Positions 19,941 to 29,952 of a DNA stretch of 64,000 bases are shown here, piece after piece. Numbering within the stretch: the first letter of the stretch is position 1; the number at the start of each line of letters is the position of its first letter. The notes beneath the pieces are model-generated. The model did not search any database. It had not been told where the DNA came from and saw nothing but the letters and a program-made list of their open reading frames with translations. The translations under genes were made by a program, and so were the position numbers. Source of the DNA: an uncultured Gammaproteobacteria bacterium (lineage in GTDB: Bacteria > Patescibacteriota > Microgenomatia > CAYSOG01); the NCBI GenBank assembly GCA_964432675.1, contig CAYSOG010000002.1, positions 6,975-70,974 on the forward strand. Direction: 5' to 3'.

Positions 19941-20969
19941 ATGGAAAAAAAGCTACTTGCGCTTAAAGAAAAGTCAGTAAAGGAAGTCCAAGGTACCAAA
20001 GATGCGAAGGCACTCGAAACCGTTCGTATTCGAATATTTGGGTCAAACGGCACATTAACTCACGCCATGAAAGAATTGCCGAAACTGCCAAAGGCCAAGC
20101 GGCCAAAAGTAGGTAAGCTCATTAATGAAATAAAGCAGGAATTGCAACATGCCATTGCTGAGAAACAGCAAAAGTTACAACAAAAACGGAAAGTTTCAGT
20201 TGACATCACAGTACCTGGTATTCAACCAAATATTGGCCATCTACACCCGATAACGAAGGCCATATGGGACATTGGCGATATTTTTAAGCGTATTGGATTT
20301 GAAGTTACCGACACCAGGGAAATTGAAACCGATTGGTACGCTTTTGGAGCGCTTAATTTTCCTGTTAACCATCCTGCGCGTGACGAATGGGAAACCTTTT
20401 TTCTTGAAACGAATAACCTTAAATTAAATACTGATGACAAAATCGTTCTGACGCCGCACACGTCCTCTGCTCAAGTGCGGGTAATGGAAAAAGAAAAGCC
20501 GCCAATTCGTAATATTACCATTTCAAAATGCTACCGCCGACAAGCCGATGTTTCGCACTTGCAAATGTTCCATCAATTTGAAGGTATTTTTGTCGATACA
20601 AACGTTTCAATTGCTAATTTAAAAGGTACGCTCGATTATTTCGTTATGCAATATTTTGGACGTGATCGAGTTACCCGAATAAGGCCATACGATTTCCGTT
20701 TCACGGAACCGTCATTTGAAGTTGACGTCACCTGCGCAAACTGCAATGGCAGGGGTTGCCGCTTGTGTAAGCAAGGATGGCTAGAACTCGGCGGCGCTGG
20801 TATGATCCATCCAAACGTCCTACACAACGGGGGGTTGGACCCTGAAATATTTTCCGGCTTCGCTTTTGGCTGGGGTGTCGAGCGCGTTTGGATGATGAAA
20901 AGCGGTATTAAGTTACCCGACATCCGCCAAATTTATTCCGGTGACCTAAGATTTAATCAACAATTTTAA
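19941..20969 (+). CDS. pheS: Phenylalanine--tRNA ligase alpha subunit
   Basis: GHLHPI, HPARD, HTSSAQ, FHQFEG, FRFTEPS, WLELGGAGM, GFAFGWGVER. Confidence 0.97.
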   Translation: MEKKLLALKEKSVKEVQGTKDAKALETVRIRIFGSNGTLTHAMKELPKLPKAKRPKVGKLINEIKQELQHAIAEKQQKLQQKRKVSVDITVPGIQPNIGHLHPITKAIWDIGDIFKRIGFEVTDTREIETDWYAFGALNFPVNHPARDEWETFFLETNNLKLNTDDKIVLTPHTSSAQVRVMEKEKPPIRNITISKCYRRQADVSHLQMFHQFEGIFVDTNVSIANLKGTLDYFVMQYFGRDRVTRIRPYDFRFTEPSFEVDVTCANCNGRGCRLCKQGWLELGGAGMIHPNVLHNGGLDPEIFSGFAFGWGVERVWMMKSGIKLPDIRQIYSGDLRFNQQF

Positions 20970-20978
20970 ACATGTAGC

Positions 20979-23009
20979 ATGAATATCCTTATTCCATATA
21001 GCTGGCTGAAAGAGTATTTGAAGACGGACTTGGGTCCGAAGGAATTTGCATCGGTTGTTTCATTGTATGGCCCATCAATTGAACGGTGGCATGAAACAGC
21101 AGATAATGACGTCGTCTTTGATGTTGAAATTACAACCAACCGAGTTGATGCTTATTCAGTTTTCGGCATGGCGCGGGAAGCGCATGCTATTTTGCAATAT
21201 AACAACATTCCTTCATCACTTATCGAACCGGAAACACCAGAACTAATCAATCGTTCCGGTGTCAATTATGAACTATATGCAGAAGTCGACCCAGGGCTTT
21301 GTCCAAGGTTTACCGCGATGATCATAGATGGTGTTACCGTCGGCCAATCACCAGACTTTATAAAAGATCGCTTAGAAAAAGTTGGGGAACGATCACTCAA
21401 TAATCTTGTTGATATAACTAATTACTGTATGTACGAACTCGGGCAACCTATGCATGTCTTCGACTACGATAAAATCGTCGGCCACAAAATGGTCTTACGC
21501 AAGAGTAGGGCAGGGGAGACACTCACCACACTAGACAATGTCAAAAGGACACTGCCTGACGGCGCAATTGTTATTGAAGACGCCGAAAAGTTAATTGATC
21601 TCGCTGGTATTATGGGCGGAAAAAATAGTGCTATTGATGAGGAAACAAAACGGGTTTTATTATTTGTCCAAACCTATGATCCGCATACTATCCGCAAAAC
21701 CGCCATGCATCTAGCCCACCGTACCGAAGCTGCTGCCAGATTTGAAAAAGACCTGGACGAAGAAAGCGTATTACCAGCGCTAAAACGGGCCGCTACCATG
21801 ATTACAGAATACGCCGCAGGAACAATAGCAAGCGAACTGATTGATATCTATCCGCGACCCCAAGAAAGCAAAACTGTTTCTGTGCGTTTGGAACAGGTAC
21901 AAGCAACCATTGGTATTGCAATTGAGCCAAACCGCATTGAAACAATTTTAAGTCTTTTAGGATTTGACGTTTTAGAAAATGGCGACACAATTACAGTTTC
22001 TGTTCCAAGCTTTCGGAGTAAAGATATTAGCATTCCGCAAGACTTAATCGAAGAAATCGCACGCATGTATGGCTACCATAATATTCCAGCCACCCTTCCA
22101 GGCGGTCAGATACCAAATCGCCCAGAAAATACCGCAGCAAAACGTATTACCCAAATAAAAATGGCCTTAAAATACCTCGGCTTTACAGAAGTTTATACGA
22201 ATTCAGCAACCGGTAAGGAAAATATCGAAAGCATTGGCATAGACGCAAACCAATGTGTTACTATCAAAAACCCGTTAACCCAAGATTTCGTTTATATGCG
22301 ACCCCATTTATTGGCAACAATGTTACCGGTTGTTGCAGAAAATTTACCCAGGTTTCCAAAGTTAAATATATTTGAACTTTCGCGTATTTACTATCCTAAA
22401 AAAGATGATTTGCCATTTGAAAAAACACTACTGCAAATACTTTCAACTGATCTTAGCGTCTTAGTAATGAAAGGCATTGGCGAAGCATTACTCGGGCAAG
22501 TTGGCATTAGTGCTATCGAAACAAGACCATATACGGATACCGCAAAACTTGACCCAGCCTCGGCCGGGAAAATGTTCAATGGTAAATCCGAACTCGCAAC
22601 TGTTGGCCTTATTGCACCACATATTTTGCAGTCGTTTAATATTTCACAATCACTAACGTCGCTGAACATAGATATCGACCGGTTAATCGAGTTTTCTTCA
22701 GACGCTACTGCTTTCCATCCAATTGCAAAGTACCCGGCTCTCGTAGAGGATATATCTTTCGTGGTCGACCAAGATGAACCAGTTGGACCAATCGTCAACG
22801 CTGTGAGCCGTGCCGACAAACTCATCGTCCAAGTAGATGTCTTAGACATGTTTGCAAGCGGAAGGGTAGGCGAGGGTAATAAATCTATAACCCTACGAAT
22901 ATCATACCAAAGTCCAACAAAATTACTTTCAGAAAAAAATACCGCCAAAGCCCGCCAAAAAGTTGAACATCTTCTCACCAAAACCTTCACCTCCAAAATT
23001 CGTAAGTAA
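20979..23009 (+). CDS. pheT: Phenylalanine--tRNA ligase beta subunit lacking the B2 OB-fold domain
   Basis: SWLKEY, EITTNR.D, NNLVDITNY, GQPMHVFD, AGIMGG, DLIEEIARMYG, C-terminal FDX-ACB domain; 676 aa. Confidence 0.95.
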   Translation: MNILIPYSWLKEYLKTDLGPKEFASVVSLYGPSIERWHETADNDVVFDVEITTNRVDAYSVFGMAREAHAILQYNNIPSSLIEPETPELINRSGVNYELYAEVDPGLCPRFTAMIIDGVTVGQSPDFIKDRLEKVGERSLNNLVDITNYCMYELGQPMHVFDYDKIVGHKMVLRKSRAGETLTTLDNVKRTLPDGAIVIEDAEKLIDLAGIMGGKNSAIDEETKRVLLFVQTYDPHTIRKTAMHLAHRTEAAARFEKDLDEESVLPALKRAATMITEYAAGTIASELIDIYPRPQESKTVSVRLEQVQATIGIAIEPNRIETILSLLGFDVLENGDTITVSVPSFRSKDISIPQDLIEEIARMYGYHNIPATLPGGQIPNRPENTAAKRITQIKMALKYLGFTEVYTNSATGKENIESIGIDANQCVTIKNPLTQDFVYMRPHLLATMLPVVAENLPRFPKLNIFELSRIYYPKKDDLPFEKTLLQILSTDLSVLVMKGIGEALLGQVGISAIETRPYTDTAKLDPASAGKMFNGKSELATVGLIAPHILQSFNISQSLTSLNIDIDRLIEFSSDATAFHPIAKYPALVEDISFVVDQDEPVGPIVNAVSRADKLIVQVDVLDMFASGRVGEGNKSITLRISYQSPTKLLSEKNTAKARQKVEHLLTKTFTSKIRK

Positions 23010-23136
23010 TTAATTACTGCCTTGTAATCCCATAGCATTCACGCTATACTATTTTCTTACAATCCAGTCATTGCTGAACATTAAAAATCCTAAGAGGCTC
23101 CAGGTATGTAAGGTACAGTCAAAAAGGAGTAGGGGT

Positions 23137-23496
23137 ATGGTGACCATTGGCATTGCACTTATTACCGCAAGTATTGTCTACGCAATTGCTTTATATCTAC
23201 TATTTGGCATTACAATTGACCCGAAAGAATTGTATAATATCGATTTAAAACAACCGCGTGTTATTATTCGCGCTTGCTTGCACTGTGCATTACATCTTAT
23301 AACCCTAAGACTGGCAAATATCGTTTGCCTTGCCGGCATTGTGCTGATACTTATTGCAAAGGATGCTGCACGGATTGATTCACCTTTAAAAGGATTGGTA
23401 ATAGTACTCTTATCGTTTTCGCCAGATGTTGCCGTCATCTTTTTACGCCTTGTCCGGGGTAATTTTGGCAATCGAACAGTAACGCAAAATACTTAA
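23137..23496 (+). CDS. Hypothetical membrane protein
   Basis: AAGGAG SD before ATG 23137; 3 hydrophobic segments. Confidence 0.6.
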   Translation: MVTIGIALITASIVYAIALYLLFGITIDPKELYNIDLKQPRVIIRACLHCALHLITLRLANIVCLAGIVLILIAKDAARIDSPLKGLVIVLLSFSPDVAVIFLRLVRGNFGNRTVTQNT

Positions 23497-23559
23497 CCAG
23501 GCAAGTCTTGGTTTTCTTATACACCGTAACAGTAATAATGTTGCGGTGTTTTTTATTGG

Positions 23560-26154
23560 CTAGAGGGAACCTTTGACGGTGATTTCTTGACTATCAGTGT
23601 TGCCGCCGCTGTCGACAGCTTGTACCTTAATACGGTGGCTACCAGTATCCGGCAGGTTAATATGGAAACCGTATGGCTGGCTAGTTGTTTCCCCAATTTC
23701 CTTATCATCAATATATGCCGTTATTTTTAAAACTGTAAATCCCTGCGAATTTGCACCAACGGCAATATCAAAACTTTTGGTAACATTTGCGCCATTGGGT
23801 ATATTCGTAATTTGGACCGTTAACGGACGTGGTGACGAAGCATCACACCCTTTAATATACGGCGCTTTTAACAAATCAAGCGGTTGGCTAAAATCCCAGT
23901 TATTAATACCATCTTGCCAACGGTTTTGGCCGTCTTTTGAGACCGGATCGTCTTCCTGAAACCAAACAAGATCTTTCGGCTCAGTCTTACCTTGCGACGC
24001 ATCATCATCAGTGCCAAAATTTGTTGCCTTCCCTTTGCAAACATTAAACCGCTGGTAAAATGGAGAGACTGACTTCGGCTCGGTACCTTTAATAAAATAG
24101 TCCGAACGCATTGGGTCAGAACCATGAGGCAAACCGCCAGTTAAGCTGTCTATCTGCATGGCAACCACATTATCCGGCACTTTACTAAAATCTTCTTTTG
24201 GCATATCAGCCAAGATCGCTTTGGTTACTCTATTCCATATTGGTGAGGCACCGGTAACACCCGAGGAAATTTTCGGGTCCATCACGCTACCATCGTTATT
24301 ACCAACCCAAACACCAACTGTTAGCGATGGGGTATAACCAACCGTCCAATTATCTTTCTTCGAATCAGTCGTACCAGTCTTTACCGCAACAGTGCGGTTT
24401 GGTACCACCAATGAAGAACTCGGTCCAAAGGCTGCTGTCCTGGCGCTGTTATCAGATAATATATGAGATATTAAAAAGGCAATTTCTTTTGACAAGACTT
24501 GCTTCGAGGACTGGTGTTTTTCCTCAAAATAAGTTTTCTTACCCGAAGCATCAGTGACCTTTAATATTGCAACCGGATCGTGCTTAACCCCTTGCGCTGC
24601 AAAAACGCTATAGGCATTCACCAATTGCAAAAGCGTTAATTCCCGGCCCCCTAAAACGAGTGACAAGCCGACGTCTTTCATATTATCGGAAGTTGGTTCC
24701 CAGTTCGTAATACCCATATCAAAGGCTTGCTGCATGACATCACGGATGCCAACACGGGCAAGCGTCTTGACCGCTGGAATATTATATGAATTACCAAGCG
24801 CATAACGGACAGCTGTAGGCCCATGGAACTTGCCATCGTAGTTAACGGGTTTGTAATCGGCTTGACCACCGCCGAGCGGAAATGTCGTTGGCACATCCAT
24901 AATAACCGAAGCAGGTGCGTATCCTTTTTTGAATGCAACGGCGTAAGTAATTGGCTTTGTTGACGAACCAGGCTGCCGTAATGCCAAGGCTGTATTAACA
25001 TTTGACTCAAAAACACAGTTCGAACCTTCCACACAACCATTCGGCTCTGATTTGCCAAAGTAATCTTTACCGCCAACCATTGCAAGAATATCACCGGTTT
25101 TTGGGTCCATTACCACAACAGCGCCGTTGGCTACCTTGTAAGCTTTAAGTTTTGCAATTTCCTCGGTAACCGCCTGTTGGGCGATGTCTTGCATTTTTAA
25201 GTCAAGTGATGTGGTCACCCGTAAGCCGCCTTCTTGGACCTGTCGTTGGCCGAATTGTTGCTCTAAGAGTTCCTTAACGTACATCACAAAGTGCGGCGCT
25301 TTAATACTAATATCAGCAGGCGAAAATTTGACTTGTCCATTGTTAATTTGGGCCAGCGCCTGTTTTTCTTGGTCAGCCGTAATGTATTTGTCTTCCCGCA
25401 TGCGACGCAAAACATACGCGGTACGGTCTTTGTATGCATTCGGGTGATTGCCAAGCGGTGAATAATAACTTGGCTCCTGCGGCAATCCTGCTAAAATCGC
25501 CGCTTCAGCTAACGACAAATCTTTCACATGCTTCCCAAAGTATTGTTGACTTGCCGCCTCAACACCGATGGCTGTCCCACCATATGGTGCTTCGTTCAAA
25601 TACATCTGCAAAATCTGGTTTTTGGAAAACTTATTGTCGACTTGGACAGCCAAGAAAAACTCTTTCAGCTTTCTTGTAACTGTCCGCTCAGGAGAAAGCA
25701 AAGTATTCTTCACAAGCTGCTGTGTTAGTGTTGACCCGCCGGTAAGCTGGTGGTGCAATACAAGGTTAAAGGGTATACGCAAGAGCCCAGCAGGATCAAA
25801 ACCGGCATTTTTGTAGAAATTTTTATCTTCGGTGGCGATGGTGGCTTCCTGTAAATACTTCGGTACTTGGTCAATCGTGACGAGTTGGCGATTTTGGTCG
25901 TTAAAAACATCGAATAGTAGTTGGCCATTCCTATCGTAAATTTTAGTTGAAAGCGCTTCTTCTTGTTCGCGCGAGGAAAGTTTATCCGGGCTCGGTAAAT
26001 CTTTGGCGAAAAAGGCAAATGCACCGATAAAGAAAATGAGACCAAAAATGGCAGCGCCAAAGGCTAAGGTGGTGAGGAAAGCGATCATGCGCAGCCGTTG
26101 TTGTTTTGCCCGGCGCCTGCGGCTAAATTCTAAACGGTTGTAGTAGTCAGCCAT
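23560..26154 (-). CDS. Class A penicillin-binding protein (transglycosylase-transpeptidase) with C-terminal Ig-like domain
   Basis: EDKNFY, GGSTLTQQLVKN, RKLKE, YLN; SxxK (SSTK), SxN (SYN), KTGT. Confidence 0.95.
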   Translation of the reverse strand: MADYYNRLEFSRRRRAKQQRLRMIAFLTTLAFGAAIFGLIFFIGAFAFFAKDLPSPDKLSSREQEEALSTKIYDRNGQLLFDVFNDQNRQLVTIDQVPKYLQEATIATEDKNFYKNAGFDPAGLLRIPFNLVLHHQLTGGSTLTQQLVKNTLLSPERTVTRKLKEFFLAVQVDNKFSKNQILQMYLNEAPYGGTAIGVEAASQQYFGKHVKDLSLAEAAILAGLPQEPSYYSPLGNHPNAYKDRTAYVLRRMREDKYITADQEKQALAQINNGQVKFSPADISIKAPHFVMYVKELLEQQFGQRQVQEGGLRVTTSLDLKMQDIAQQAVTEEIAKLKAYKVANGAVVVMDPKTGDILAMVGGKDYFGKSEPNGCVEGSNCVFESNVNTALALRQPGSSTKPITYAVAFKKGYAPASVIMDVPTTFPLGGGQADYKPVNYDGKFHGPTAVRYALGNSYNIPAVKTLARVGIRDVMQQAFDMGITNWEPTSDNMKDVGLSLVLGGRELTLLQLVNAYSVFAAQGVKHDPVAILKVTDASGKKTYFEEKHQSSKQVLSKEIAFLISHILSDNSARTAAFGPSSSLVVPNRTVAVKTGTTDSKKDNWTVGYTPSLTVGVWVGNNDGSVMDPKISSGVTGASPIWNRVTKAILADMPKEDFSKVPDNVVAMQIDSLTGGLPHGSDPMRSDYFIKGTEPKSVSPFYQRFNVCKGKATNFGTDDDASQGKTEPKDLVWFQEDDPVSKDGQNRWQDGINNWDFSQPLDLLKAPYIKGCDASSPRPLTVQITNIPNGANVTKSFDIAVGANSQGFTVLKITAYIDDKEIGETTSQPYGFHINLPDTGSHRIKVQAVDSGGNTDSQEITVKGSL

Positions 26155-26400
26155 AATGAGCAGCCCAAAGAGACTTTGGTTCTATTTCTTATTCTAGCAT
26201 GCCAGACCAACAATTGTCTGTGAGGCTCATTTCTGGTAGAATTGACAATGAAAAGTAAAATTGCTAACTTTTCTTTATCATCATAATCTGGCTTACTAGC
26301 CTGAGAACAATTGCATGGAGTTACAACAATTACTCAGCTTAACAAGCTCCCAGCGGGAGCCAAACAGTTTAGGTAACGGTCTGAAGGAAAATTTTTTAGT

Positions 26401-26476
26401 CCAGGGTTGGCAGAGCGGTTGATGCGCGGGTCTGTAAAACCCGTTTAGCCTGGTTCAACTCCAGGGCCCTGGACCA
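26401..26476 (+). tRNA. tRNA-Tyr(GTA) with archaeal-type identity (C1-G72, A73, short variable loop), CCA encoded
   Basis: Acceptor CCAGGGT/GCCCTGG then A-CCA; anticodon arm CGGGT-CTGTAAA-ACCCG; 5-nt variable loop; T arm CCTGG-TTCAACT-CCAGG. Confidence 0.9.
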
Positions 26477-26661
26477 AAAAATTTTCCTGCGAGAGCTTCA
26501 CACTACTGAAATTACTGTATCAGTAGTACTCCATTCCCTAAAACTATCATATCTTAGAAGCGACTCCTATCTGTAGGACATCACCCTATAGTACTTGCAA
26601 AATATTTCGATATCGAGTAGACTATCTCTTCAGTAGTACACTAACAAATAGGAGGTGTGGT

Positions 26662-27045
26662 GTGGCCACGCAATCAACCCCTCATTTGTGGGAAGTAAAA
26701 CATCCCTATTATTGCGACCAAAGCGATGACAATAAAGAATATGATTCATGGGATGACTTTGTAAACGAGGTGCAGAACCAAGCTCAGGACTACGATCCAC
26801 AGCGTAACCTGATATTTAGGTGGGATTGGATCTCACCAGACAGTCCTGATTATGAGGCTGACCTTTATAGCGATGGCTACACTGGTGACAGACTTACATT
26901 GTTTGTTGTTCTGCAACGAAAGGCTAGGGTAGCAAGCTGGGAAATTAAGGTTACAAAAGAAAACGAACAGGCAATTAAATCTTGGTTGTCCGAACGGGCC
27001 AAGCATATTACTGCACTCTGGACACCAATCCAAATTGCTTCGTAA
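26662..27045 (+). CDS. Hypothetical protein (aromatic/acidic, possibly phage-derived)
   Basis: AGGAGGT SD with GTG start, own promoter and terminator (27064-27093); HLWEVKHPYYC and NLIFRWDW motifs. Confidence 0.7.
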   Translation: MATQSTPHLWEVKHPYYCDQSDDNKEYDSWDDFVNEVQNQAQDYDPQRNLIFRWDWISPDSPDYEADLYSDGYTGDRLTLFVVLQRKARVASWEIKVTKENEQAIKSWLSERAKHITALWTPIQIAS

Positions 27046-27175
27046 AAAAGCAATAAAAACTATAGCCCCCTCCATTTTGCAGGGGGCTTTTTTATGGTTA
27101 TTTTTTCTTAATTAACGGATAGAAAACAAAAGTGAAGAGAGTATTGGCAATCTTTAAAGCATGACTAATTTCTGG

Positions 27176-29884
27176 TTACTTGGACAAAAAATAGTCATTC
27201 CCGAATGCCTTTGTAAAGGCTTGGGTATTGGCTTTAGTGTTGTTAACTGTCCAGTCGATGTCACCGTCTTTGGTATTGAACCAGACGACTGCTTTAATTG
27301 CCGGGTGTTTTTCGATATAACCGGCTAATAACTGCATCCATTGTCCCTTCGATTGCCCCGGCACGTTAGAATCGGCGCTGGCTGTTTCGGTAATTATGAT
27401 AGGCTTATTGAATTTTTCAATATCAGAAACCGTTGGCGAAAACATTGCTGTAGGCGTTCGAAACCCATTGTTTTTGTAATAACCGTTCCAGTTAAACGAG
27501 CTGACACCAACCCAGTCAACATAGTTATCTCCTGGATAAAATGCATCGATATTTGACGAATAAGGAACCTTTTGTTCGTCATACTTTTCATTTGGTGACC
27601 ACACCCAAGTAACATTAGTTGCACCAACTGATTGGAATATGTCATGGACATGTTGCCATGCCGCGATATATTCCTGCGGCGTATTATACGTGCTACCCCA
27701 TGGATACCAATTACCATTCATTTCATGGGCAAACCGTATCATAACCGGCTTTCTGTACGCTTTAACATCTTTTGCATACTGGGTGATGTAGGCATCATAT
27801 AAGCCTTCCGAAATTAGTTTCATGCGATATTGCTGTTGGTTGGCATCGTTGTCGCTTCTGTTATACCCATTAACCGGTTGCCAAGGTTCCCAAGTAACCA
27901 TTGGTATCGAGTTTTGGCTTGCAATATAATTTGACCACTGTTGGTTGAAGCGGTTATCTTTAACGCCCCAAGCTTGGTAATAGCCAACAATCGCGAAATT
28001 CTTGCCGAATTGGTTCTGTAAGCCCACAAGGGCATCACTGTCATTATGGTTATAAAGGGAAACGCCTACGAGTGAGCCTTCATTTGGCTCCTGGACTTTG
28101 CCCGCTAACGGCGTATTGCTGGTGGTAAATGTCGCTACTGTAAACGATGGTGCAAAGAAAGCTTCAGCCAACTTCGCCCGATCTGTGTAGGCAAAAGCCA
28201 AACTAACCATGACGACACAGGCAAAGCTAAAGCTCACCCCATACCGTATCAGCCGCCAGGCTATTTGATATGACGTAAGGTAAGCATAGACGCCATCCCA
28301 ATAAATACTGAGCGATACCGCGAGCAAAGTAAGAACGTTAAAAAGTGCCCAAAAACGTAGTTGGACCGCGCCGTGGTTTTGGATACAACTGACGATAAGC
28401 GCATATGCTGTTAAGGAGATAAGGATAAGATGTGGCAAAAACGTTTTAACGGGTACCCGTTGTTGTTTTGCGGTACTGCCTTTTTGGGTTACCATATAGC
28501 GCAATTTGATACCGGTAATGAAATTAAAAAAGGCAATGGCATAGATAATGTTCGCGCCAAGGTTTAAGAACATACCAAGCGGCCCTAATAACGGTTCGTT
28601 TTCCGGGTCAATTTGGAAGCGATGGGTATAAAGCTGAATAACATTGGCTAGCAAGAATGGTGGAAAAGAATAGGCAAGCCATTGTTGCAATTGCATATTC
28701 GCATCACGAAGGCCAAACAATAGATAAAGTACTGTCAAGAATATGCCAAACAGAACGGCAAGGCCAGTAAAGTAATAGAGTTGCGCCAAGCAGTAGTTAA
28801 TTTTTTGTTTCAATGGTAAATGCCAAACAATTCTCGGTGTATGTTTGAATAATATTTCAAACAACCCATAGCTCCAGCGCATTTGCTGATTAAAATAGTC
28901 TACCCAATTTAAAGGTCCTTCGCCCTTGGCAATAATTTCTGGCACAAAAACACCCTTATAACCGTATTTGTAAAATAACATGCCGGTTAAATGGTCTTCT
29001 ACAATAGTCGGCGCATAGCCGCCAATTTTTTTCATCGCAGAAGCCCGATAAATATGGCTTGTCCCTATTAAAAATGGCATGTCACAACCGTAAAAGCCTT
29101 GCTGCATTGGCCCATGAAAGAAAAATGACTGCTCACCGGCACCCCGGGCAATCCAGTTTTCAGTGTTCTTATAAAACTGTGGTGTGCCGACAAAACCAAC
29201 TTTTTCATCACGAAAGTAACCAAGTGTCCGTTCAAAAAATTCAGGTTCCGGCACATGGTCCATGTCTATCTGGGCGACAATATCATAACTATCTTCGTGC
29301 TTATCACGCCAGGCATTGTGGTTACCCGCTTTTGTCTTGGTACGGTATATGCCAGATTCCTGGTTATACTTTGCAATACCTTTTCTTGAAAAATGTTTAA
29401 CTCCTAAGCGTTCGCATAAGGCCTTCACTTCTTTATCATTGCCTTCATCCAATACCCACGTATCGTGTGGATAGCGAACCTTAAGCATGGCACATAGGGT
29501 GTCTGAAAGCATGTCCAAAGGTTCCTTACCGGGTACATAGCAGGTTAAAAAGGCAACACGAAGCCCTTTTTGAGGCCGTAAGTACTTTGGTTTTGCCATA
29601 AACCACAAGGCAAACCAACTAGCAACGCGCAAAAGCATGCCCAAAAAGACAACTGAAGAAACGATTATGAAAAGAATAAGGTCAAATGCGTGGGATGATA
29701 AAATACTGGTTCCTTGAAAGTTTTGGGGAATATGCTCTGGCTTAAACCACCATAATGCATAACGGATGACAAAAAAGAAACCTAAACTGATTAAGCCGGC
29801 ATAAACTGCCCGCTGTTTTTTAGTAAAGACAGCGACCTTTTCAACAGACACAGTATTGGTGGGTTGACGTTTCTTAAATAGCAT
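27176..29884 (-). CDS. CslA/BcsA-like GT2 processive glycosyltransferase fused to a C-terminal GH26 domain
   Basis: VPGKEP, VLDE, KTKAGN, DMDH, VEDH, QQMRW (QxxRW) and TM helices; C-terminal RFAHEMNGNWYPW, YPGDNYVDWVG, IITETA. Confidence 0.9.
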   Translation of the reverse strand: MLFKKRQPTNTVSVEKVAVFTKKQRAVYAGLISLGFFFVIRYALWWFKPEHIPQNFQGTSILSSHAFDLILFIIVSSVVFLGMLLRVASWFALWFMAKPKYLRPQKGLRVAFLTCYVPGKEPLDMLSDTLCAMLKVRYPHDTWVLDEGNDKEVKALCERLGVKHFSRKGIAKYNQESGIYRTKTKAGNHNAWRDKHEDSYDIVAQIDMDHVPEPEFFERTLGYFRDEKVGFVGTPQFYKNTENWIARGAGEQSFFFHGPMQQGFYGCDMPFLIGTSHIYRASAMKKIGGYAPTIVEDHLTGMLFYKYGYKGVFVPEIIAKGEGPLNWVDYFNQQMRWSYGLFEILFKHTPRIVWHLPLKQKINYCLAQLYYFTGLAVLFGIFLTVLYLLFGLRDANMQLQQWLAYSFPPFLLANVIQLYTHRFQIDPENEPLLGPLGMFLNLGANIIYAIAFFNFITGIKLRYMVTQKGSTAKQQRVPVKTFLPHLILISLTAYALIVSCIQNHGAVQLRFWALFNVLTLLAVSLSIYWDGVYAYLTSYQIAWRLIRYGVSFSFACVVMVSLAFAYTDRAKLAEAFFAPSFTVATFTTSNTPLAGKVQEPNEGSLVGVSLYNHNDSDALVGLQNQFGKNFAIVGYYQAWGVKDNRFNQQWSNYIASQNSIPMVTWEPWQPVNGYNRSDNDANQQQYRMKLISEGLYDAYITQYAKDVKAYRKPVMIRFAHEMNGNWYPWGSTYNTPQEYIAAWQHVHDIFQSVGATNVTWVWSPNEKYDEQKVPYSSNIDAFYPGDNYVDWVGVSSFNWNGYYKNNGFRTPTAMFSPTVSDIEKFNKPIIITETASADSNVPGQSKGQWMQLLAGYIEKHPAIKAVVWFNTKDGDIDWTVNNTKANTQAFTKAFGNDYFLSK

Positions 29885-29952
29885 TACATTACTATCAACT
29901 ATAGGTCGAAATTATACACTATTATAGGATAAAAGTCAACAGAATGAAGAGC

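Noticed and set aside
22391-23038. Long antisense ORFs (also 36836..37480, 45924..46457, 61056..61613)
   Set aside because: They lie opposite well-supported genes and have no protein-like motifs
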